Part shown: piece by piece, positions 1 to 10,601 of the stretch | How positions within the stretch are numbered: the stretch's first letter is position 1 | Layout: every line of letters starts with the position of its first letter | Assembly: GCF_000142905.1 (NCBI RefSeq) | Contig: NW_013657669.1 | Location: 372,001 to 436,000 of the forward strand | Source of the DNA: Thecamonas trahens ATCC 50062 | Taxonomy: Eukaryota; Protista; Apusomonadida | Direction of reading: 5' to 3' | DNA length: 64,000 bases | Program-made: the position numbers and the translations under genes | Notes under the pieces: generated by a model | What the model was told of the DNA's origin: nothing | Seen by the model: the letters and a program-made list of their open reading frames with translations, nothing else | Databases searched by the model: none

Positions 1-2575
1 AGCTCGTCGTGAGTGCCGGCAAACGCTATGGTGCCGCTGTCCATGACATAGATACGGTCGGCAGCGTCGAGAAACTGGAGCTGGTGAGTGACGAGGACCC
101 GAGTCTTCGACTGCATGGCACCGTTGATGCAGAGCTCAAACAGGTGGGTCCCGACGTGGACGTCAACCGCCGACAGCGGGTCGTCCAGAAGAATGAGATC
201 GCGGTCGGCGTAGAGCGCGCGCGCAATTGAGACTCGCTGCTTCTGCCCGCCTGACAGGTTGATGCCGCGCTCACCGATCTCGGTCTGGTCACCGCCAGGC
301 AGGACCTCGAGGTCGGCCTCGAGCGCCGCAGCCTTGATGGCCGCCTTGTAGCGGGCGCTGTCAAACTCGGCGCCAAAAACATGTTGTCGCGGACCGTGGC
401 GTTGACAATCCAGGCCTCCTGTGGAACGTAAGCAACAGTGCCGTCGCGAGTCACCCGCCCAGAGACCTTCTGCACCTCGCCCAGAATAGCCGAGAGCAGG
501 GTCGACTTGCCAGAGCCGACCGGCCCAATGATCATGACCAGCTCGCCCTCCTCGACGAAAAAGTTGATGTCCGAGAGATGATTCGGCGGCGGATCAGCGG
601 TGACTGGCGCGGCTGAGGCGTCGTCGTCTGCTCCGCCCTTGCGCTTCCGCTTGCCTCTCTTGCGCTTGCTCGAGGACTTGGCTTCCGGCGCGGGCTCGGG
701 CTCGCTGCTGTCATCCATTCGGGAGGCGCCCCAGGTAAATGTGCCCTCCTCGATGGAAATGGACGGCGGAGCGTTGGGCTCGTCCGAGGTCGGCACCTCC
801 TCCCGCTCTTCGAGGAGCAAGTGGGCCTGGACTCGGCGGAGCGAGATGATAGCGTCGATGGCCTGGGTGATGACCATGGGCATTTGCCCGATGGGGAAGC
901 GGAGAATGGCAAAGAGGGCAACAGCCGGGAAGACCACCTTGGCGTCGAGCGAGTTGCCGGCGGCGGCGTAGACGGTAAAGGTGACGACCGAGACCGCAGT
1001 CGGGGCAAAGGCCATGGTGAAGCCAATGACAGCGCGGTAGAGTTGCGACTTGCGGATGTGCTCGAGCTCGCGGGCTCGAGCGGCGAGGACCTTGCTCATG
1101 AACGAGTCCTCCCAGGCGTAGAACTTGACGACGCGGATGCCGACCAGGATCTCACCAATGAGCTTGACGCGCTCATCGGTCTGGGCCTGAATGAGCTTGG
1201 AGATGCGACCGATGGCCTTGCCGGCCGAGCCTTGAGCCGGGACGAGGAGGACCATGACCAGGAGGCCGGCGAGCGCAGACGGGCCCAAAAGCCGGATGAG
1301 GAGGGCCATGGCAACCACAATGAGGATGGGCCCAGCCCACATGAGGTGGAACTGGTCCATCATAACCCGAATACGCTCAGCATCGGACGAGATGATGTTG
1401 ACGATCTTGCCCGAGTCGGCGTCGGGTGAGGCGTGCGGCGCCATGACCAGCGACTTGGAGAAGACCGAGTTGATGATGATGGCCCGCAGCCGCATGCCCA
1501 GCCGCTGCATGCGGTTCATGTGGTGCTGGAACGCGATCGAGTACCCGAGCTGGGTACAGATGAGCAGGAAGATGTAGAAGATGCCCAAGCCGACCGACGG
1601 CTGCTCGCTCGGCGGCTTGCTGTTGCGGTCCTGGAGCCAGCCGATGATGGCGCCGAGGACCATGGGTCCGGCAACCTGCGAGCCGTCCTGTAACGCCTTG
1701 ATCAAACCAGTGGTCACCACCCACCAGCCAAAGACCCGTCGGAGCGTCCGCAGCAGCGATGCCTTCTCGCCGCTCTCCTCCTTCTCGGCCTCCCACTCGG
1801 CGCTAAACTGGCTCATCAGCGGGAGGCAAGCGTCGCGCTCCCGCAGACCAGTCACGTCCGTCGGCACCAGCGCTCGCTTCCGACCGCGGCTGGTGTTTGG
1901 GGCGAGGGGAAGGTGTGAGTAGTAGTGGGGAGGGGGTGGAGGAGGGGGGGGGGAGGGGGGGGGGGGGGAGGTACGCTGGACTTGGCGTGATGATGGCGCT
2001 GGCAGCGGCGATTCATGCGGCGGCACCTGGGGCACCTGGGGCGCCGTGGGGGGAGTAGTGCAGACAAGGAGACTGGGATGTGTGTGTGGGGTGGGGGGGG
2101 GGGNNNNNNNNNNNNNNNNNNNNNNNNNNNNNNNNNNNNNNNNNNNNNNNNNNNNNNNNNNNNNNNNNNNNNNNNNNNNNNNNNNNNNNNNNNNNNNNNN
2201 NNNAAGTCATGTGCCCATTCGTTCGTTTCTAGAGCGACCTTTGTCGTCGGGGTGGCAGTCTTTGCATTAATTTTTATGGGTGCTTCGACAGCGGGGGGAG
2301 GTGCGGGGGCAGGGTGGGGGAACCTCCGTGAGCCTATGTTATGGATAGACAATGGAGCGCTGTCAAAATATTCTGCGGTGATCTTGGCAACACGGTCGGC
2401 CGGTGGGCTTTTCGGGGCGAAAGAAAAACCTTATGCTTTTTTTTTCAGAAGGGGGGGGGGGGGGGGCGTACGAGATGATGGGCTGGGGCCACTGGAACAG
2501 CAGCCATGACAGCGGATTGGCCTCGCCCTCAGAGTCGAGGGAGAACGGCTTGTCTTCAGTGGCAGGTGACGCCAT
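1..2575 (-). CDS. ABCC/MRP-type ABC transporter (exon 1, TMD1, NBD1; 3' part beyond the window start)
   Basis: Exon 1 (2575-2472, MASPATEDK...ANPLSWLLFQWPQPIIS) splices in phase 2 to exon 2 at 1889 (RGRKRALVPTDV), giving the typical ABCC pre-TMD1 motif. TMD helices, Walker A GPVGSGKS and Q-loop YVPQEAWI follow. After a 1-nt frameshift at ~375-383 come EIGERGINLSGGQKQRVSIARA, Walker B LILLDD and the H-loop VTHQ. Confidence 0.95.
1890..2471 (-). other. Spliceosomal intron of the ABCC gene (contains a 100-N gap)
   Basis: GTACGC donor at 2471, TACTCAC branch-like motif, CACCAG acceptor at 1890. The splice restores the ABCC motif in frame. Confidence 0.8.
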
Positions 2576-2663
2576 GGCCGGAAGAGACGGGTGGCCAACG
2601 ATGAGTTATGCCGTCAGCCAGGTACGGGGAGCGAGCATAGTGGGGAGCGGAGCGCAAAATGGT

Positions 2664-5057
2664 TTACTTTGTGCGCGAGGCTTTCAACCGCTTGCGAAGC
2701 GCCTTGCAGAGGGCGTCAGCGGCGGCGGCACGCGGCGATCGGGCCTTGGCCTTGGCCTTGGACTTGGACTTGAAGATGGCGAGGCGCGAAGAGGAAGGAG
2801 GGGCGGCCGCCGCCGCAGAGGGTGGGTCGACAAAGCGCGAGAGGACGGTGACAAGCATGGTAGCGTCGAGCTGGTCGTAGCGGGAGCCCGGAACACCGAG
2901 CGGCTGGTCGGCAAGGGCGAGCATGGCGCTTGGCGGTTCGACAAGGACAACGTCGAGGATCTGTTGGAGCGGGGCGAGGCAGTAGGCGAGCGGCGAGTCG
3001 CCGAGGTAGGCCTGCAGAGCGGCGACATCGACGGCCATGGTGGCCAGGAGAGCGGCGTCAAACGAGGTTGCCTGCGAGCCGATGAGCCCGCCAAGCAGGT
3101 CGGCAGCGACGCGCTTGAAGACTCGCGTCTCGAGCGCAAGCGCAAAATGGCGCCCGACGCGTGCGACCGAGTCTACCATGGTCTCGAGGTACGCGATGAG
3201 GTCCGGAACATAGCTGGAGGGCTGGTCCGAAGTTGGGTGCGGACCGCCAACCCAGACGTAGTCGGCCAGCGAGAGGATCATGTCGATCTTGGCGCCGACG
3301 GCGGCGTGGATGGCGTCCTCGGTGGCAGCGAGGGTGGAAGCGAGAGCGTGGCGAGCAGCAAGCTCGCGCGGGGTGCTCGAGCTCCTTGTGTGGGATCCAA
3401 TGTCCGCGACAAGCGCGTCGAGCACGTTGACCAACTCGGTGGTATTGACAGCGACCGAGAGGAGCTGGAAGACCGAGGCTGGGGTGGCGACGACGGCGGC
3501 AAAGGCCGGCTCGACCACATTGATGAGCACGTCGTCGAGGCCTGCGGTGAGAGCATCGTCGATGGCGTCGAGATGGGCGCCAAAGGCGTGAAGTTGGGAC
3601 ACAAACGCCGAGAGCGCCAAGACAAGCGCAGGAAGCGAGCGCGTGAACGGGAGCGTCTTCGGGAGGTCGAGCTCGTCGGGCGAGTTGACGCCGACCAGAA
3701 CCGGGAGCGCTGAGTGCGCTCCGTCGGCCGAGACAAAGACGGCAGCGGCGTCGGCGGGCGTGGCAATGACCAGCGAGTCCCAAGTGTCGGCTGCAAAGAC
3801 GGAGTCAAGCTCGGTCTTGAGCTCGGTCTTAGCATGGGTGACGTAGAGCGAGAGCGAGGTGGCATCGAGAGCGCGAAGCGCGCCGCAGCGGTAGCCGGCA
3901 GAGCCCTCCAGCAAGGCGATGAAGGCTCGAAGCTCGGTGACGGTGGTGGCGAGCTCAGCGCGCGAACGGGCGGCACGGACTGCACGCTCGAGAAGTGAGG
4001 TGAGGGTCGGGAGCGCAGCGTCCCACTCGGCGTCGCGCTCGCCCTTGGAGATGAGGCCAGTGCCGGCGGTGGTGGCCATGACCTTGTCCTCGACGAGGAA
4101 AAAGGCGGCAAGACGGGCGAGGTAGGCGCGGAGGGCAGGCGGACAGGCAAGCGAGGCGGAGGGAGCAAGGACGACGGCGCACTGCTTGGAGCGCATGTCG
4201 CGGTAGACGGAGCGAAAGTGGGCGGCGCGGCCTAGGCGGGCAAAGATGTACACGCACTTGTAGACTGGAGCGAGCGCGTCCGTGGACGAGAGGCGCGCGG
4301 CAGCGGCGAGAGCGGCGTCGTCAAGCGGAGCCAACTGGGCCTCGAGCCAGTCGGTAAAGACGGCCAGGGCAGCGGCGGCGAGCGCGTCCTTGAGGCGCGG
4401 GACGTGCGCATCAAGGATGGCGGCGACAGGGGGGAAGGGAGCGACGCGCGAGGCATGGACGGCCTCGAGTTGATGGAGGGTGGTGAGCGCGTTGTAGAAG
4501 GCGCCCGAGCAAACGCTGCGCTCGAGGGCAACGACGAGGCGGAGCGCGCCCTGGACGGCGCTCAGTGCGGCGCGGGCGTGCTCCATGTTGAGCCGTGCGG
4601 AGCGGGCGGCGACAAGGCGGGTGGCGTCGGCAAGCAGCGTCTCGCCGACCTGGTCCAAGTCATCCTCGACAGTGGCAAGGCGGCCGCCGACGGCCGAGGC
4701 GAGGTCGCGGATGCGCAGCAGCTCGTCTAGTGAGCCGGTAAAGGCGGCAAAGTGGGCATCGCACACGGCCTGGACCTGGGCGTCTGCCGAAGCGATAAAG
4801 GCATCGAGGGCGGCGGCGAAGGGAGCAACAAGCGCGTTCTCAAAGACAGCCTTGAGCGGCGGGACGACATCGTCCGAGTCGATGAGCGAGGCTAAGATGG
4901 ACGAGGTCAAGTCGTAGGCCACTCCGGTCTCTGAAGCCGTCGCCGTCGCCGTCGCCGTCGCCGCAGACGCCGGCAGAGGTGGTGGGGGCGGCGGCGACCG
5001 TTCTGCTCCACCCACGTACGCCGTAGTGGCGCCCGACCTGCTTCGACCTCTACGCAT
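2664..5057 (-). CDS. EXOC6: Exocyst complex subunit Sec15/EXOC6
   Basis: N-terminal motif 'LDAFIASADAQVQAVCDAHFAAFTGSLDELLRIR', then 'FYNALTTLHQLE', 'APVYKCVYIF...FRSVYRDMRSKQ' and 'QPSSYVPDLIAYL'. First ATG is at 5057. Confidence 0.88.
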   Translation of the reverse strand: MRRGRSRSGATTAYVGGAERSPPPPPPLPASAATATATATASETGVAYDLTSSILASLIDSDDVVPPLKAVFENALVAPFAAALDAFIASADAQVQAVCDAHFAAFTGSLDELLRIRDLASAVGGRLATVEDDLDQVGETLLADATRLVAARSARLNMEHARAALSAVQGALRLVVALERSVCSGAFYNALTTLHQLEAVHASRVAPFPPVAAILDAHVPRLKDALAAAALAVFTDWLEAQLAPLDDAALAAAARLSSTDALAPVYKCVYIFARLGRAAHFRSVYRDMRSKQCAVVLAPSASLACPPALRAYLARLAAFFLVEDKVMATTAGTGLISKGERDAEWDAALPTLTSLLERAVRAARSRAELATTVTELRAFIALLEGSAGYRCGALRALDATSLSLYVTHAKTELKTELDSVFAADTWDSLVIATPADAAAVFVSADGAHSALPVLVGVNSPDELDLPKTLPFTRSLPALVLALSAFVSQLHAFGAHLDAIDDALTAGLDDVLINVVEPAFAAVVATPASVFQLLSVAVNTTELVNVLDALVADIGSHTRSSSTPRELAARHALASTLAATEDAIHAAVGAKIDMILSLADYVWVGGPHPTSDQPSSYVPDLIAYLETMVDSVARVGRHFALALETRVFKRVAADLLGGLIGSQATSFDAALLATMAVDVAALQAYLGDSPLAYCLAPLQQILDVVLVEPPSAMLALADQPLGVPGSRYDQLDATMLVTVLSRFVDPPSAAAAAPPSSSRLAIFKSKSKAKAKARSPRAAAADALCKALRKRLKASRTK

Positions 5058-5458
5058 GGGGTATGTGCGAGAGGAAGAGAGGGAGGTGAAGGGTGGTGCA
5101 GGTGCAGGTGGCAGCAGCAGCCTTTTGCTTCGGTCTGGGTGTGCGCCCCCCCCCCCCCCCCCGCCGCGGAAACCAGCCAGTCGGTCGGTCACTTTCCCCG
5201 ATCACCCCGCTAAGGCCGGCTGGGCATGGCGCCCCTCGCCCCAGCCCCTCGCCCCGCTCCTGCTCCGGCTGACAGCCACCTCACCCACAGCAGGGCGAGC
5301 AAGCAGATAGAGGCAGGCGCAAGCAGACGTATACATAGCTTCTGCACCTCTTTCTCCTGTCCAGACTCAGCAGGCAGCTAGTATTTCCCATCCCCACCCT
5401 CGTTCGGTCCCCCTCCCCCCTCCCCCTCCCCCCCCCACTCCTGCATCCATCCGGCGAC

Positions 5459-7249
5459 ATGACCAAGTCGCAGAAGAGACGGGGCAAGAGCAAGGGCAAG
5501 AGAAAGGAGAGAGAGTCCAAGACCACACGGAGTTCCGGGAATGATGACACAAGTGCCATGGGCTTGGTTACAGGCCCAGGGAAGAAGTCCCTCGCTGACC
5601 AGCTGGCCGAGTTGGCCGACCCTACCCCGCGCGACTATGACCCCGAGGATCTGACCTTCACCGGCCGCATCGACGACGCAGCGTCGTCAGAGTCGGACGG
5701 CGACGGTGCGGCTGCGACTGCAAAGCGTCGTATGACCCGCTTTGATAGGGCCTCTGACGACGATGATGATACGGTTGCCGTTGGATACTCGGTCGAAGAG
5801 GGTGTCAACGATGCTCGCCATCGCATCCGCCCAGACATCGCTCTCAACGAAGGCGTCTACGCCGGAGAGGTTGTCTCTTCGCGCAAGGTCTTTGACCGCG
5901 GCGAGCGGCGAGGCTCGGGCTCAGACTCGGGATCGGGCTCAGGCTCGGGCTCGTCGCAACTGCCGATGGCCGGCTACGAGCCGCAGCTCGAGTTTGACTC
6001 GATGTCTGAAAGCTCCGGTAGCGGATCGGGGAGCGAGAGCGGGGCCGAGAGCGAACACTCGGACTCATTTGAGGCGATGGAGGCACAGATGCTGAAGCTT
6101 CAGTCGTCGAACGCGTCCAACGTGGCGTACCTCAAGTCGCAGCGCGAAGACGAGATGGTTCGGGCACGGGCGGCCCTGTCGCAGTCGCGGATCCACAGCG
6201 CGGTCCTTCAGTCGCGGGTGACGCTCCAGCAGCCGCTTGAGCTCGGCAACCGGCTGCCGGAGCCCGGCGTGCTTCCGGCGCTCGAGGCGCGGGAGCCCAA
6301 GGTGGCCAAGGCGGCGGCCGAGGCGCGTGCCGAGCTGGTGCGGACTCTGGCTGTTCTCGGCGAGTTGGAGGACCAGCTTGTGGCACAGGCGCCGAACGGA
6401 CTGAGCGGAGACGAGGCGGCGACGGCCGCGCCGCTGGAGCTTGTCCCGCTGCCGCTGCCGTCGCACCCGCGCGAGAACCTGCGGCGGGCCGACGTGGCGG
6501 CAGCGGCCGAGGTTGATCTCGACGAGCTGTGGGAGGCGCTGGCGGCGCGGCAGGCAGCGATGAAGCCGCGTTGTGAGGCTGTCATTGACGCGTGGAACCG
6601 CAAGGCCATGCTTGCCGGCGGCATGTCGTTCAAGAACCTGAAGCTCAAGACGCTCCACCGCCCGCTGGTGGAGCAAATCCACGACCAGCTCCGCGACTCG
6701 TCGGCACTCCGGGCGACGAGCCAGAAGCTGCGGGCGCCCGAGACGGTGCTCTCGTGCGACGGGCGGTACAAGACGGGCGATGACGAGGTGGTGGCGCACG
6801 ACGAGACTGGTAAGCGCAAGTCGCGGAAGCGCAAGGCTCGCGACATGGAGCGGCGGTCGGTCCACGTCTACGACGACGCCGACTTTTACCAGCGCCTGCT
6901 GCAGCAGCTCATCACGACCGGCAACTCCAAGGACGAGCCTGTGGGCGGGTCCGGCGGCGAGGCCGGGCTTGATCCGGTGGCCATGTCGCGAGCGTGGCTC
7001 GCGCGCAAGCAGAAGCTCGAGCGGCACAAGGCTGGCAAGAAGTTGGTCGACACTCGTGCGACCAAGGGCCGCAAACTCCGCTTCAACGTCCAGCCAAAGC
7101 TGACCAACTTTATGGCGCCCAAAGTACTGGATGACGACGAAGCAGCAGGTGGCATGGCCCTGCTCAATGGGCTCTTTGGCTATGACATGCCGACGCACGG
7201 CGGCAACGATCGTGCAGGGAGCGAGTCTGATGCAGAGGAGACAGCGTAA
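5459..7249 (+). CDS. AATF: AATF/Che-1/Bfr2 nucleolar protein
   Basis: Acidic N-terminus, 'VYDDADFYQRLL', and the C-terminal TRAUB motif 'VDTRATKGRKLRFNVQPKLTNFMAP'. Confidence 0.93.
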   Translation: MTKSQKRRGKSKGKRKERESKTTRSSGNDDTSAMGLVTGPGKKSLADQLAELADPTPRDYDPEDLTFTGRIDDAASSESDGDGAAATAKRRMTRFDRASDDDDDTVAVGYSVEEGVNDARHRIRPDIALNEGVYAGEVVSSRKVFDRGERRGSGSDSGSGSGSGSSQLPMAGYEPQLEFDSMSESSGSGSGSESGAESEHSDSFEAMEAQMLKLQSSNASNVAYLKSQREDEMVRARAALSQSRIHSAVLQSRVTLQQPLELGNRLPEPGVLPALEAREPKVAKAAAEARAELVRTLAVLGELEDQLVAQAPNGLSGDEAATAAPLELVPLPLPSHPRENLRRADVAAAAEVDLDELWEALAARQAAMKPRCEAVIDAWNRKAMLAGGMSFKNLKLKTLHRPLVEQIHDQLRDSSALRATSQKLRAPETVLSCDGRYKTGDDEVVAHDETGKRKSRKRKARDMERRSVHVYDDADFYQRLLQQLITTGNSKDEPVGGSGGEAGLDPVAMSRAWLARKQKLERHKAGKKLVDTRATKGRKLRFNVQPKLTNFMAPKVLDDDEAAGGMALLNGLFGYDMPTHGGNDRAGSESDAEETA

Positions 7250-7285
7250 ACCAGCGTGGACACAAGAAGCAACCTGCACCGTGGC

Positions 7286-8233
7286 TCAAACGACGACGGC
7301 GACAACAGCAGTCGAGTCGTCGGGCTTGCCGCCGTGCGGCGAGAACGGGGTCGGCGCGTCGCGCTCGGCGTGGAAGCGGGCGTCAATGATGAGGCGGGCG
7401 GCGGCGGCGTCGAGCAGAGTTGACAGCTCGTCGTGTGGGAGGTCTTGCAGCGGGCCCGAAGCGGCGCCGAGGAGCGAGTCAACGACGGCCACAATCTGGT
7501 TGTTGAACAGATTGTCGTGGATGCCGTCCGAGGTGAGAAGGACAACGTCGCCGCGGGCGACCGGGACAGAGAAGAGCGAGCCGTCGTCGACGGCGTTGCC
7601 GTTACGGCCGACCTGGTACGGCATGTTGAACACAATCTGCGACGACGGTCCGTTTTCAGTGCTCGCCACAATGGCGTAGCCGTCATCGCCGGTGCGGGCG
7701 AGGACCCGAGCCTGCGAGTCGCCCAGGTTGTAGATGTGCAGCTCGGGAGAGGCGCCACGGCCGATGCGTGCCACGTTCATCGTCGACGAGCCGAGCATGA
7801 TGGTCGACTTGTCGAGCGAGGCAACGGCGGCGTCGGCAAGGTCGACGACCCGGTGGGCATCAGCAGCAGCAGCATCAGCATCAGCATCAGCATCAGCAGC
7901 AGCGCCCGCCGCAGCTGCAGCGCGGAGCGCGTCGGCGAGGCGGGCAGCAAACTCTGCCGGGTTAGCGCCCGGGACCGAGGCCCAGCCGCCGACGCCGTCC
8001 AGCACAGCCAGAACGCCATGCTCGGGCTCCACAACCATGGCGTCTTCGGAGCGTTCCTTAGACGGGGCGGGCATGATGAGGCCTGCGGCGACGAGGGCCA
8101 GCGGTGCTGGTGCCGGAGTTGGAGCCGACGAGGCAGGAGCGGGTGGGAGGGTGCGGTCCACGACGACGTGTGCGTGGAGGAGGGCAGCGTGGACAGGGCG
8201 GCGTGGGAGGATGGCGATGGCTGTGCGCAGCAT
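7286..8233 (-). CDS. PPTC7: PP2C-family phosphatase, PTC7 homolog (probably mitochondrial)
   Basis: SEDA, DGVGGW, NLGDS, SDGIHDNLF and GGKPDD motifs. Arg-containing, acid-free N-terminus MLRTAIAILPRRPVH. Confidence 0.9.
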   Translation of the reverse strand: MLRTAIAILPRRPVHAALLHAHVVVDRTLPPAPASSAPTPAPAPLALVAAGLIMPAPSKERSEDAMVVEPEHGVLAVLDGVGGWASVPGANPAEFAARLADALRAAAAAGAAADADADADAAAADAHRVVDLADAAVASLDKSTIMLGSSTMNVARIGRGASPELHIYNLGDSQARVLARTGDDGYAIVASTENGPSSQIVFNMPYQVGRNGNAVDDGSLFSVPVARGDVVLLTSDGIHDNLFNNQIVAVVDSLLGAASGPLQDLPHDELSTLLDAAAARLIIDARFHAERDAPTPFSPHGGKPDDSTAVVAVVV

Positions 8234-8608
8234 GGTGGTGGTGGTGGGAGGGAGGGGGTGGAGGGGAGAAAGGGGGGGGGGGGGCAGGGGGGAGGGGGGG
8301 GGGGAGGAGGGGTGGGAGNNNNNNNNNNNNNNNNNNNNNNNNNNNNNNNNNNNNNNNNNNNNNNNNNNNNNNNNNNNNNNNNNNNNNNNNNNNNNNNNNN
8401 NNNNNNNNNNNNNNNNNNAGGCCACATACATACGATATCTCTTCAAGTCCTTCAAAATGAAAAGCCCACTCTCGATCTACCCGCGGTCATTACCCTCTCC
8501 ACAAGACACTCATTGGTTTTGTGCCCCGACCACGATCCAAACGAGCGCTTCAACCTGCAACCTGCCACCCGTCCCCCAGTCCACCGTTACCACCTAGGCC
8601 AGCGAGGT

Positions 8609-9072
8609 AGTGGTTGATGCAGGTGGCTGGTGGCCGATGGAGGCGACTGGTGGTGGTTGATGGAGGTGGCTGGTGGTTGATGGAGGTGGCTGGTGGTTGA
8701 TGGAGGTGGCTGGTGGTTGATGGAGGTGGCTGGTGGTTGATGGAGGTGGCTGGTGGTTGATGGAGGTGGCTGGTGGTTGATGGAGGTGGCTGGTGGTGGT
8801 TGATGGAGGTGGCTGGTGGTTGATGGAGGTGGCTGGTGGTGGTTGATGGAGGTGGCTGGTGGTTGATGGAGGTGGCTGGTGGTTGATGGAGGTGGCTGGT
8901 GGCTGATGGAGGTGGCTGGTGGTGGTTGATGGAGGTGGCTGGTGGCTGATGGAGGTGGCTGGTGGTGGTTGATGGAGGTGGCTGGTGGTTGATGGAGGTG
9001 GCTGGTGGTTGATGGAGGTGGCTGGTGGTTGATGGAGGTGGCTGGTGGTTGATGGAGGTGGCTGGTGGCTGA
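8609..9072 (+). repeat. Minisatellite, ~22 copies of 20-nt TGGAGGTGGCTGGTGGTTGA (some 23-nt variants)
   Basis: Read directly. Variants add TGG or change TT to CT. Confidence 0.97.
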
Positions 9073-9163
9073 CTGGAGCCATGGTGCCTCCGTTGCGCAA
9101 CAGGCCGAAGCAACAGACCGAGGCGGACAAGCGCACTTCACTTGCAACGCCCTCACCGAGCAC

Positions 9164-10330
9164 ATGGCCGCCGAGACTACCACCCGCTTCCGCTCACACT
9201 GGGCCGCAAATGTGTCCGATATCACTCCGCACACGAGCCCAGCCTTTATGCCGCCCGCCGAGCTGCAGTCGTCCGAGGTAGGTGACTAGGGAGGGAGGGT
9301 GCCTGTCGGGGACAGCGCCGCCGCGTGCCGCCACCCGCCGCGCCCGCGCCTGATCATGGGCGTGCGAACTCACCATCTGTGGGCATACGCATCGGTGCAT
9401 CGGACTCTCGTGCTGCTGTGGCTGATGTCGCCATGTCCCTATGTACATTACTCCTGGTGACTGATCCTGGACTCGACGGATGGTCGGCTCGGCTGAGTTG
9501 CTCAGGACTCGTCGTGGATCAAGACGCACAAGACAGAGCCGCCGCTCGACTACACCACCGTGCCAGAGGAAGACCGCAGCAGGACGGTAGTGGTGACCAA
9601 CATCGACCCCGAGGCGTCCAACGCCCGGATCCTCGACTTTTTGGCCTTTGCCGGCCGGATCCAGGCCTTCGCCTTTGGTCGCGATGCTGAGCCTGGGTCG
9701 GACGGCTCGCGCGAGCGCCATGGCTACATCACCTACGAGGAGCCGTCGTCGTTTACCACCGCGCTGCTGCTCTCGGGTGCCCGACTGCTGTCGACAAACC
9801 TTTCTATCGCCCCGTACGATGCGGTCTTTGACGCCGACAAGACGCCCGTCCCGCCCGAGGAGGCCGAGGAGGACGAGGGCATCGATGGCGAGGGCGTCGT
9901 CGACGCAGACTCGGTCGCCGAGCTCGACGCCGACTTTATGGTGGCCGAGGCCGACTCGCCCGTCGAGCACTCTACGCTTCCCAAGTGCTCCATCATCGCC
10001 ATGATCCTCGCCTCGGGCTACGTACTCTCCGCCAGCGCCGTGACCAAGGCCAAGGCTGTCGACGCCGGCACGCTCAACCTTGCCGACAAGTCATCGGCCG
10101 CTTGGGCTGCAGCCGCAGCCAAGGCCCGCCGCAACGCCGCCGCCCGCGGCCTTGGCCGCGGCGTCTGCCGTGTCCGCTACGTCATGGGCTCCGCCATCGC
10201 CACCGCCCAGCACGCCGCCGCCGCCGTCGCCCGCAAGGCCGGCCTCGGTGGCTTCCTCTCCAAGGTCTCATCAGCCTCAGCCAAGGTCAAGGACCAGACC
10301 AAGGCCGAGATCCAACGTCGCCGCCAATAG
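9164..10330 (+). CDS. RRM protein, Vip1/BPA1 (binding partner of ACD11)-like; 2 exons (9164-9277, 9506-10330)
   Basis: Phase-0 intron GTAGGT...CTCAG at 9278-9505. RRM 'RTVVVTNID...ILDFLAFAGRI...GYITYEEPSSFTTALLLSGARL' followed by the family motif 'IIAMILASGYVLSASAVTKAKAVD'. Confidence 0.8.
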
Positions 10331-10520
10331 TTACACCTCCCCCCCCCCCTACCTCCACCCATCCTTTCCACGCGCGGAACTCACCCCATTGCACCCAGCA
10401 GCACCCATCGCAAAACGGCTGACACCATTGCCCAGCTCCCGCCGGACTGGCCACCCCTGTGTCGCACCCGGGCGCCAAACCCGTGGCTTCCCGCCAGGAT
10501 TCTACAGGGGCAACACTCGT

Positions 10521-10522
<2 letters not shown>

Positions 10523-10578
<56 letters not shown>

Positions 10579-10601
10579 CACATACATACATATATACATA
10601 C
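10523..10601 (+). repeat. (CA)n/(CATA)n microsatellite abutting the CENP-L start codon
   Basis: Read directly. Confidence 0.95.

Noticed and set aside
1890-2035. Pro-rich N-terminus of ABC ORF 26-2035
   Set aside because: It is intronic poly-C; the real first exon is at 2575-2472.
8550-9234. His/Gln/Pro-rich ORFs in all three minus frames
   Set aside because: They are translations of the 20-nt minisatellite.
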